56,321 nt of DNA from Eubacteriales bacterium (GTDB lineage: Bacteria; Bacillota; Clostridia; Oscillospirales; CAG-272). Location of the stretch: the NCBI GenBank assembly GCA_045652135.1, contig JAZRTS010000163.1, positions 1 through 56,321 on the forward strand, written 5' to 3'. Made by a program: the position numbers and the translations under genes. Shown one piece after another: positions 25,657 through 32,733 of this stretch. The stretch's first letter is position 1; each line of letters starts with the position of its first letter. The notes under the pieces were generated by a model, which was given only the letters and a program-made list of their open reading frames with translations, was not told the DNA's origin and made no database searches.

Positions 25657-26073
25657 TCAGGCTTTTGTTTCGTAAATAAACAGTATTTCATCAATGATAG
25701 CATATAACACACTTTTACCGACAAGATCTTTGGCCTCATCGTGGCTGAAATATGCAGAGGACCAATACTCGTTGCCATCAACCTTTACGACAACACTACC
25801 CGTACGCTGGAAAAAACCGGCTTCCCAATTGGACACGACGCCTTCAACGGGGGTGTAGCGTTCACACTTATTTTTAAAATTAAGGTACATAACAAGGTAA
25901 TACACTGCGGGAAGCAATGTACAAACACCATTGATTGCAACTGTGATAAACAGAAAGATTCCGGTTTCGAGTGCGCTCGTCAACCAGCCAAACAACAAAA
26001 AAACTTCTATAAAAGCGAAAAGGGCAAACCATTTTAACGTGGTTTCCAGGTATTTACTTAAAGATAGTTTCAT
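25657..26073 (-). CDS. Hypothetical membrane-anchored protein (138 aa)
   Basis: AAAGAGGT RBS. Two N-terminal TM helices are followed by a ~60-aa soluble domain. Confidence 0.65.
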   Translation of the reverse strand: MKLSLSKYLETTLKWFALFAFIEVFLLFGWLTSALETGIFLFITVAINGVCTLLPAVYYLVMYLNFKNKCERYTPVEGVVSNWEAGFFQRTGSVVVKVDGNEYWSSAYFSHDEAKDLVGKSVLYAIIDEILFIYETKA

Positions 26074-26089
26074 AATATACGACCTCTTT

Positions 26090-26142
26090 GTAAAATTCTT
26101 ATTTATCGGTTAGATTATACCACAAGATATTACCAAAATCAA
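26090..26142 (-). promoter_or_regulatory. Promoter plus conserved leader module L1
   Basis: On the minus strand: TTGATT (26142-26137), 17-nt spacer, TGgTATAAT (-10 at 26119-26114), then CTAACCGATAAATAAGAATTT (26113-26093) and the RBS. Confidence 0.7.
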
Positions 26143-26185
26143 GTCTTGTGCCTTGTATAACATCAATATCAGAGAACAGCAATAA

Positions 26186-26276
26186 TGAAATCTTCAGCCT
26201 ATCGGCTTCAGGCAGAATAACTTTCGCTTTTTAATTTCGGCAAGAAAACAAGCTCACCGATAAATTGGAATTTGAC
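26186..26276. repeat. Copy 2 of the ~90-bp dispersed repeat (D2)
   Basis: Differs from D1 by a few substitutions and short indels. It abuts the stop codon of the SMI1/KNR4 gene. Confidence 0.85.
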
Positions 26277-26280
26277 AGCA

Positions 26281-26718
26281 TCACACCTCGTTATTGTAAT
26301 ACTTGGTTATCAAATCGGAAATATCCTTAGCAACCTCACGAATTTCAAAAAGCTCATGTTCCCAAATATATATTGCTGATGTATCCGTTTCGTCATTGGA
26401 AAGGACACGATAGCAGTAATAATCACCACAACCATTTGATGCAAAATAAACAAAACGGTTTACTTTTTCTTCAAATTCATCAGGCTCAAAGTATTCAGCC
26501 ATTATCTCACGATTTCTCTTTACATTGCTGATGATTTCTTCTGCAGAAAGCAGAAACCAACGGTCTCCATTAGTTTCTCGCAATAAGGCTTTCAATTCTT
26601 CAGGAAAGGTAAAACCAACATATTTCTCGGCTTTCTTAATTTGTTTTTCCGGGCAAGGTTCTTGTAACTTTGCCCAATCATGCCCCTCTATTAGTTTTCC
26701 AATAAGTTCTCTATACAC
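26281..26718 (-). CDS. SMI1/KNR4 (SUKH-1) family protein, immunity-protein-like
   Basis: KKAEKYVGFTFPEELKALLRETNG matches the SMI1_KNR4 signature. The GTG at 26718 lies 8 nt after GGAGG; the track start at 26733 overlaps that RBS. Confidence 0.75.
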   Translation of the reverse strand: MYRELIGKLIEGHDWAKLQEPCPEKQIKKAEKYVGFTFPEELKALLRETNGDRWFLLSAEEIISNVKRNREIMAEYFEPDEFEEKVNRFVYFASNGCGDYYCYRVLSNDETDTSAIYIWEHELFEIREVAKDISDLITKYYNNEV

Positions 26719-26733
26719 GATAAAAACCTCCAC

Positions 26734-26754
26734 AAATTCTTATTTATCGGTTAG
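26734..26754 (-). promoter_or_regulatory. Leader module L2 (no -10 element)
   Basis: On the minus strand CTAACCGATAAATAAGAATTT. The last codons and the TAA stop of the GNAT gene lie inside the motif. Confidence 0.6.
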
Positions 26755-27262
26755 TCCACTCGTCTCTTGTAATGGCAAAAACCTTTGTAATTTCATTTAT
26801 CTCATCAGAAAACTCATCTACTTGTTTACAACCATAGGAAATCGCAGTTTTAACTGACGGTTCATTGGTATATTTCATATAAGAATAAACAATGTTAAAC
26901 GGCGTGTTGTTAAACGTCCAATCTCTGACTGCAATCGCGGCTTCTTTGGCATATCCTTTTCTTTGTTTATCAGCTCTTATATGATAGCCGATTTCAGGTT
27001 TTATTTGCCCATTGATAAGCTGCATTGTCAAACCGCAATCACCTATCATTTCGCCTGTGTCCTTCAAACATACTGCCCATAAACCAAAACCGAGAATTTT
27101 GTATCTTTCGATATTTCTATTTATCCAGCCTCTTACCCTTGCATCGTCAAAAGTATATGGATAATGTTGCATGATGTCCGAATCCGCCAAGACCCTATAA
27201 AGTGCATCGAAGTCATTTTCTCTCATTTCTCTTAATAACAAATGCTCTGTTTCAATAACCAT
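26744..27262 (-). CDS. GNAT-family N-acetyltransferase (RimJ/RimL-like)
   Basis: 172 aa with LLLREMRENDFDALY at the N-terminus and the acetyl-CoA block KQRKGYAKEA. Confidence 0.8.
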   Translation of the reverse strand: MVIETEHLLLREMRENDFDALYRVLADSDIMQHYPYTFDDARVRGWINRNIERYKILGFGLWAVCLKDTGEMIGDCGLTMQLINGQIKPEIGYHIRADKQRKGYAKEAAIAVRDWTFNNTPFNIVYSYMKYTNEPSVKTAISYGCKQVDEFSDEINEITKVFAITRDEWTNR

Positions 27263-27276
27263 TACTTTTCTCCTGC

Positions 27277-27303
27277 AAATTCTTATTTATCAAGCTGATT
27301 ATA
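27277..27303 (-). promoter_or_regulatory. -10 element plus leader module L3
   Basis: On the minus strand TATAAT (27303-27298), then CAGCTTGATAAATAAGAATTT, then the CAGGAG RBS. Confidence 0.6.
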
Positions 27304-27308
27304 AGGCA

Positions 27309-27887
27309 TTAAAACTCCTCTGCAATTTTCAGACCTTCGGAAATTGCCTTTCTGATTCTTTCTTCGATTTCCGTCTCGGAAAGGTAATCCATATTCTGTG
27401 CCGAAACCACCTCTAATGGTCCTATGCCCCAAAGCCAGGACAGAGCCTTAAGATATGATGAGCCCTGCTCTAACGCATCACCGGTGTCAATATCCATACC
27501 TCTTGTGGTGATGTAAAGCATTTTTTCAGCCTTGCAATTCCCGTAGCAGGTTTTGTCATTTGATTTGAAGGTTACATCAAAAATGGAGCAAAGCTCAAAA
27601 AAATTCTTGAGTGCCGCAGGGATTGACATATCCCAGAAGGGTGCCGCAATAACAATTCTGTCGGCATCACGTATGCTTTCCGCCCAAGACATAACCTGAG
27701 GCTCAATATCACCGTTTGTTCGCTTCGTTACAAGCGCCTTTTTTACAATGCTTAAATCAAGGTCATTTATAACAAGAGTATGAACCTCGTATTTCTGCTT
27801 CAATGCCTCCACAATGGGTGTTGCAATTCGTTTGGTTCTTGACTGCTCATCTCTTATGCAAGCATCAATATATAATAACTTTTTCAT
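27309..27887 (-). CDS. Flavodoxin-like-fold NAD(P)H-dependent oxidoreductase (azoreductase/quinone-reductase-like)
   Basis: 192 aa. MKKLLYIDACIRDEQSRT at the N-terminus and the PFWDMSIPAALKNFFE block are typical of the FMN-dependent NADH-azoreductase/ACP-phosphodiesterase fold. Confidence 0.7.
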   Translation of the reverse strand: MKKLLYIDACIRDEQSRTKRIATPIVEALKQKYEVHTLVINDLDLSIVKKALVTKRTNGDIEPQVMSWAESIRDADRIVIAAPFWDMSIPAALKNFFELCSIFDVTFKSNDKTCYGNCKAEKMLYITTRGMDIDTGDALEQGSSYLKALSWLWGIGPLEVVSAQNMDYLSETEIEERIRKAISEGLKIAEEF

Positions 27888-27910
27888 TATGAAAACTCCT
27901 TTTCCTGAGT

Positions 27911-27959
27911 CAAATTTTTTATCAAACTGATTATATCATAATAAAGCAAACATTTTCAA
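27911..27959 (-). promoter_or_regulatory. Promoter plus leader module L4
   Basis: On the minus strand TTGAAA (27959-27954), 18-nt spacer, TATAAT (27935-27930), then CAGTTTGATAAAAAATTTGAC. Confidence 0.65.
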
Positions 27960-27976
27960 CAGTAAGAGATGACACG

Positions 27977-27999
27977 CCCCTGACTTTTACGGTCAGGGG
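27977..27999. repeat. CCCCTGAC...GTCAGGGG hairpin, copy H1
   Basis: 8-bp perfect stem with a 7-nt loop. Related copies lie at 29459-29481 and 30710-30733. The T-rich tract is on the plus strand only. Confidence 0.6.
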
Positions 28000-28035
28000 T
28001 TGGGGTTTGCTATTTGGTAAATCGGAGTTTGTCTT

Positions 28036-28284
28036 TTATATACCCCAAATAACGGAAGCTACATTATACACAGTTACAACTAACAAGAACACTCCCAACA
28101 GCAAGAAATAAAGTGCTGAATTCTTTTGCTGTTTATCCTTGTATTCTTTGGAAGTTATGAACATCGTGCTTGCTAAGCAAACGAATGTTATCGGCATTGT
28201 AATATCTGTTGAAAGAGCCTTTGTTAATCCCAAAATTGCAAATGCCACTGTTAATGCTGAGAAAAATAGTTTTAGATTTTTCAT
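28036..28284 (-). CDS. Small membrane protein (82 aa)
   Basis: The ATG at 28284 follows AAGGAG; the TTG at 28311 in the track is unlikely. Three hydrophobic helices. Confidence 0.6.
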   Translation of the reverse strand: MKNLKLFFSALTVAFAILGLTKALSTDITMPITFVCLASTMFITSKEYKDKQQKNSALYFLLLGVFLLVVTVYNVASVIWGI

Positions 28285-28303
28285 ACAATCACACTCCTTT
28301 GTC

Positions 28304-28329
28304 AAATTCAAGTTTATTTATCCGTCAGA
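28304..28329 (-). promoter_or_regulatory. Leader module L5 (no -10 element)
   Basis: On the minus strand CTGACGGATAAATAAACTTGAATTTGAC, immediately upstream of the RBS. Confidence 0.5.
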
Positions 28330-28372
28330 TTCCTCAACATAAGCTTATTAAGGCTTCTTCGGTTTCAGATAC

Positions 28373-29335
28373 TCATTGTTTTGTTTCTGCTATTTTGTCA
28401 AACAGCTCAGAACATGCTATTGTAACCTTCCACGGAACAACAGGACTTTCGATTTCACCTGAATTAATGCATCTCATAGCCTCGCTGATTTCATAAGTGA
28501 AGCCATTTACCGTTTCTTTATCTTCAAAATGTTCCTTGATATTTCCGGAAATATCATATAAAAAGCATTCGCTTGAATGATGGGGATTCGGGATAACGAT
28601 CTTTCCGTGTTTTCCGTATATTATCATTTTATCGTCAATAGAGGTCATAATAGATGCTGCCAAATCTGCCAAGGTGTGCTCAAATTCAATACTGATATGA
28701 TTGTTGGTATCCACACCGCTGTCGCTCCATGTAGCAGAAACATTCATGTTTTTTATTTCCTGCTCAATCAGATACGTAGTAATTTCATAGGCGTAAACAG
28801 TAATATCTTTTGCCGCACCGCCACCGAGCAAGGGGTTAAAAAATCGGTTACTGTTATCTTCGGCGGCCTTAAATCCGATTGAAAACTGTGAGATTTCAGG
28901 AATGCCGATTTCGCCCTTATCTATCCACGCTTTTGCCTTGTTGACTGCGGGTAAGAAACGACTCCACATAGCCTCCATAACGAAAACCTTATTTCTTGCA
29001 GCTACTTCAAAAACCTTTTGCGCTTCGTCTGAATTCTGAAACATAGCTTTTTCGCATAATACAGGAATGCCTCTTTCAACGCACATCATTGTAAGACGAT
29101 AATGGTCATTGTTTGTAACAGCAATATATACGCAGTCAGGTTTTTCAGCTTCAAGCATTTCTATATAACTGTCGTAATATTTATTTACGCCGTGCTTGGT
29201 CGCAAGGTCTTTTGCCCTGTCATAGCTTTTGCTTGAAATTGCACACACTTCACAGTTATCAAGTAACGAAACTGCTTCACAAAACTTGTTTGCAATTTTA
29301 GCTGCACCCATAATACCGAAACGAAAAATACTCAT
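28373..29335 (-). CDS. Gfo/Idh/MocA-family NAD(P)-dependent oxidoreductase
   Basis: FGIMGAAKIANKF Rossmann start and the EKAM active-site-region block. 320 aa. Confidence 0.8.
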   Translation of the reverse strand: MSIFRFGIMGAAKIANKFCEAVSLLDNCEVCAISSKSYDRAKDLATKHGVNKYYDSYIEMLEAEKPDCVYIAVTNNDHYRLTMMCVERGIPVLCEKAMFQNSDEAQKVFEVAARNKVFVMEAMWSRFLPAVNKAKAWIDKGEIGIPEISQFSIGFKAAEDNSNRFFNPLLGGGAAKDITVYAYEITTYLIEQEIKNMNVSATWSDSGVDTNNHISIEFEHTLADLAASIMTSIDDKMIIYGKHGKIVIPNPHHSSECFLYDISGNIKEHFEDKETVNGFTYEISEAMRCINSGEIESPVVPWKVTIACSELFDKIAETKQ

Positions 29336-29350
29336 ATCAATTCTCCTGAA

Positions 29351-29376
29351 TAAATTTTATTTATCGAAACAATTAT
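29351..29376 (-). promoter_or_regulatory. Extended -10 promoter plus leader module L6
   Basis: On the minus strand TGgTATAAT (-10 at 29376-29371), then TGTTTCGATAAATAAAATTT, then the CAGGAG RBS. Confidence 0.6.
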
Positions 29377-29458
29377 ACCACATTCAAATCGAAAATGCCA
29401 CCCTTACGGATGGCACAGTTGCGTCTTGTATGATTATTGAATTGAGGGGATGAAAATG

Positions 29459-29481
29459 CCGCTGAGTTTTGCAGTCAGGGG
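29459..29481. repeat. CCGCTGAG...GTCAGGGG hairpin, copy H2
   Basis: An imperfect copy of the H1/H3 hairpin. On the minus strand it is followed by GGCATTTTC, as is the neighbouring hairpin at 29396-29416. Confidence 0.5.
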
Positions 29482-29553
29482 TTGTTATGTTATTTTCTTC
29501 ATCCACAGCGATTTGATAAAAGCGATTAAGCACATTATTTCTCTTAACTCTGA

Positions 29554-29583
29554 AAAAGAGCCGTCCATATTGGCGACTCTTTT
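29554..29583 (-). terminator. Intrinsic terminator after the exonuclease gene
   Basis: aaaagag...ctctttt stem with one internal mismatch. The U-run lies on the minus strand. Confidence 0.55.
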
Positions 29584-29591
29584 CAATTAAA

Positions 29592-30551
29592 TTATACGGC
29601 TTTTTTTACAGCTGCTGTATAATATTTAGTTTCTTGATGTTTTTTCACCTTTCTTTCGTTTTTCTGGTTCCATCTTGACCAATAGTATTTATAGTGGTCA
29701 TCATCCATTTCATAAACCATACGTGAAACGCTATACTTATTTAATCCCCAACGTTTAAACTTGAATCTTACAAATAGCTCTTTACCAGACTTGCTTATAC
29801 CTATTGCTATAAACTTTATATCATTTTGCTCAAGAATACCTGTGCAAATTATTTCTTCCCCAAACTCAGGATAATAAAAGCTTATGAGTTCCGGATCTTT
29901 AAGAGCTTCTTTTTTAGAGGTGTAATACTTAGTAGGTTTCGGAGTTTCTTTCAATACATTGGCAATACATCTCATCTGTTTTCTTGCTTCTTCGTATTGA
30001 GTTAAACCTTTCTCCATATCAATATGCTTACATATACAGGCTGTGTTTTTGGCATCATTCAGTGCATCATGGGCTGTAAGTGCTGTTTCCTGCACCATTT
30101 CCATTGCGGCAGTCAGTGAAATCTGACGATGTTCTTTGGAAATCTGGTCATCAAATATAACCTGAAGATTATATGTAGTAGGTAACCACTTCACATTGAT
30201 TTTATGAAGTAGCATATTGTCCTTCAACATATTCACATCATCAAAGCCCCAGGTAAGAAAAGCGAATTCATTACCACACCATCTTTTGAAATGCTCAAAC
30301 GCAACCTTAAACGGAAATCCATACTGTAAATCCTCAGCAGTAATCTTTGTTATTTCAGATACTACCTCATGCATCTGTGTATAATACTTTGGAGTTACCA
30401 TTATTTTAAAAGTATCTATAACAGAAAACTTTTCATCAAGTTTAACAGCACCTATCTGAATAATTTCACCGTTAAGCAAAACAGGAAATCTCACTCTCGG
30501 TTTACCTTTTATTCTCTGATTCCATTCCATATCCAAGACAATATAATTCAT
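29592..30551 (-). CDS. DEDDh 3'-5' exonuclease (KapD/ERI-1-like) with a ~135-aa uncharacterised C-terminal domain
   Basis: VLDMEWN (Exo I), FLTWGFDDVNML (Exo II) and HDALNDAKNT (Exo III with His). The promoter is TTGAAA-18 nt-TATAAT at 30630-30601. Confidence 0.75.
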   Translation of the reverse strand: MNYIVLDMEWNQRIKGKPRVRFPVLLNGEIIQIGAVKLDEKFSVIDTFKIMVTPKYYTQMHEVVSEITKITAEDLQYGFPFKVAFEHFKRWCGNEFAFLTWGFDDVNMLKDNMLLHKINVKWLPTTYNLQVIFDDQISKEHRQISLTAAMEMVQETALTAHDALNDAKNTACICKHIDMEKGLTQYEEARKQMRCIANVLKETPKPTKYYTSKKEALKDPELISFYYPEFGEEIICTGILEQNDIKFIAIGISKSGKELFVRFKFKRWGLNKYSVSRMVYEMDDDHYKYYWSRWNQKNERKVKKHQETKYYTAAVKKAV

Positions 30552-30709
30552 AGCTTTTCACCTTTCTATTGAAATTGATGTGCTTGGGATTTTCTGCGAT
30601 TATTATACTCCTTTCATTTTTATTATTTCAATAGGTTTTCGGATCGCTAAGAGCTATAGTCCCAATAAAAGGACTGCGAAGCCGTATTTTTTATAAAAAA
30701 AACAAAATA

Positions 30710-30733
30710 CCCCTGACATTTTACAGTCAGAGG
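30710..30733 (-). terminator. Intrinsic terminator (hairpin copy H3)
   Basis: CCCCTGAC...GTCAGAGG stem followed on the minus strand by a long T-rich run. Confidence 0.7.
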
Positions 30734-30740
30734 TAAAACA

Positions 30741-31778
30741 CTATTCATTCACAATCGCAACCTTAATAACCCCATCAAGCTTATTCTCAAAAATATCATA
30801 AGCCTTTTCGATATCCTTAAGAGCGAATCTGTGGGTTATGAGAGGCGTAGTGTCAATCTTGCCCTCAGCAATAAGTGAGAGGATTTCATCACAGTCACAG
30901 CCGTCAACACCGCCCGTTTTAAAGATAAGATTCTTGCCGTACATATCGGGAAGAGGTAAGGTCTGTGCCTTATCGTAAAGAGCAACCACCGTAACAACAG
31001 CGTTAGATCTTGCACACTCCCAGGCAAGGCGGAAGGTATCCTCTGCACCTGCAACCTCAAGTACAACATCTGCACCGCCGTGGTCAGAATTTTCAAACAC
31101 AAACTCTTTACACTTTTCAGGCTCGCAGACAAGAACTTTGGGATAGTGACTCTTCACAAAATCAATGCGGTTTTTATCCTTTTCGCAGACGATAATCCGT
31201 TTGGGCTTTTTCAGCATAGTGCAAAGGAGAGTACAGATACCCGTAGGACCTGCGCCGATAATAAGCACAGTATCATCCTCTGTAATTTCAGAAATGCGTG
31301 TCGCCCAGAAGCCTGTGGCAAGAACATCACCCACAAAGAGAGCCTGTTCATCGCTGACACTGTCGGGAATTTTGTTAAGACCCATATCAGCATAAGGCAC
31401 CCGCACAAACTCGGTCTGTCCGCCGTCGATACGGCAACCTAAAGCCCAACCGCCGTTCTTGTCGGTGCAGTTATTCACATAACCTTTCTTGCAGAAAAAG
31501 CACTCTCCACAGAAGGTTTCAACATTGACAGTAACTCTGTCACCGGGCTTGAATTTAGTCACGCCACTGCCGACACTTTCAACGATGCCGACCATCTCGT
31601 GACCGACGGTAATCCCCGGAACAGCCCTTGGCACAGAGCCGTGCTTGATATGTAAATCGCTGCTGCAGATACTACTCATTGTCACTCTAACAATGGCGTC
31701 ACGAGAGTCGAGAAGCTCTGGTTTGGGCTTGTCGGTGAGGGTGAATTTATTGTGGTGTTTGTAGGTGTAAGCTATCAT
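30741..31778 (-). CDS. Zinc-dependent medium-chain alcohol dehydrogenase family protein
   Basis: GHEMVG catalytic-zinc block, CGECFFCKKG structural-zinc block and a GAGPTG Rossmann motif. Confidence 0.85.
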   Translation of the reverse strand: MIAYTYKHHNKFTLTDKPKPELLDSRDAIVRVTMSSICSSDLHIKHGSVPRAVPGITVGHEMVGIVESVGSGVTKFKPGDRVTVNVETFCGECFFCKKGYVNNCTDKNGGWALGCRIDGGQTEFVRVPYADMGLNKIPDSVSDEQALFVGDVLATGFWATRISEITEDDTVLIIGAGPTGICTLLCTMLKKPKRIIVCEKDKNRIDFVKSHYPKVLVCEPEKCKEFVFENSDHGGADVVLEVAGAEDTFRLAWECARSNAVVTVVALYDKAQTLPLPDMYGKNLIFKTGGVDGCDCDEILSLIAEGKIDTTPLITHRFALKDIEKAYDIFENKLDGVIKVAIVNE

Positions 31779-31802
31779 ATTAAAACTCCGTTGGAAAGAT
31801 TA

Positions 31803-32231
31803 TTATTCAAGGCACAAAAGCAACGCCTTCAGAAAGTCTGCGTCATTCTGTGCAGTTCTCTTTTTCGGACCCTTTGTTCTGTTGCCTGCCATTCTCTCCT
31901 TTTTGCCTATAAAACGGGTAAAAAGGAGATTTTCTATATTGTTGTCGGTGTAGATAAGTCCATTCTGATTAAGCGCCTTAGCGCCCTTACCAAGCACAAG
32001 AGCAGCTAGACCGTAGTCCTGTGTAACAATTACATCGCCCTTTTCGGTAAGGTTTGCAATACGGCAATCGGCAGAATCTGCACCCTTATCAACGACAATA
32101 GTTTTTGCGACCTCTTTTTCAATGGAGTGGGTGTTGTCGCAGACAATAATACACTCAAGGCCTCGCTCTTTTGCTATACCTACGGTAATATCTACAACAG
32201 GGCAAGCGTCAGCATCAATTATTATTTTCAT
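31803..32231 (-). CDS. YaiI/YqxD-family protein (UPF0178/DUF188)
   Basis: MKIIIDADACPV N-terminus and the VTQDYGLAALVL block are typical of the family. Confidence 0.8.
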   Translation of the reverse strand: MKIIIDADACPVVDITVGIAKERGLECIIVCDNTHSIEKEVAKTIVVDKGADSADCRIANLTEKGDVIVTQDYGLAALVLGKGAKALNQNGLIYTDNNIENLLFTRFIGKKERMAGNRTKGPKKRTAQNDADFLKALLLCLE

Positions 32232-32240
32232 AGTTTCACC

Positions 32241-32654
32241 TTAAATTAGTATTCCGCCGCAATGGTCAACCTCATGCTGAATTATCTGTGCAGGGAAGCC
32301 TGTAAATGTTTTGATGCGAATCTGCATTTCAGCTGTCTGCCATTTGACTTTTATAGTCTTATAACGTTTACACTTACGGGGACCTCCAAGCAGAGAAAGG
32401 CAACCTTCTTCTGTTTCGTACGGTTCTGACTTTTTGATAATCTCAGGGTTAAACATAACCATATATGTACCTTCGTTATCAAAGGCGATAATGCGTTTGC
32501 GTACACCTATCATATTTGCAGCCATACCGACACAGCCGTCTTTATGTGCGGTTAGTGTATCGAGTAAATCTTCAGCTACTTGTAAATCTTCTTTTGTTGC
32601 GACTTCCGATTTCAGGCTTAGAAAAATTGGGTCGTGGGTTAGTTGTTTAATCAT
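32241..32654 (-). CDS. def: Peptide deformylase
   Basis: GVGMAANMIG, EGCLS and QHEVDH motifs. Confidence 0.9.
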   Translation of the reverse strand: MIKQLTHDPIFLSLKSEVATKEDLQVAEDLLDTLTAHKDGCVGMAANMIGVRKRIIAFDNEGTYMVMFNPEIIKKSEPYETEEGCLSLLGGPRKCKRYKTIKVKWQTAEMQIRIKTFTGFPAQIIQHEVDHCGGILI

Positions 32655-32733
32655 TTAAATACCTTCTTGTTTTCTTAACAATATGGATTTAATATGTATT
32701 ATACTGCAAAAAATTTCTTATTGCAATATAATC

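Noticed and set aside
25120-29400. Whether the co-oriented small-gene island is a classical integron cassette array.
   Set aside because: There is no intI integrase, attI site or Pc promoter. The boundary repeats do not resemble attC sites (no RYYYAAC/GTTRRRY cores), and most genes carry their own TATAAT promoter, unlike promoterless integron cassettes. The cassette-like geometry is reported as a finding without the integron label.
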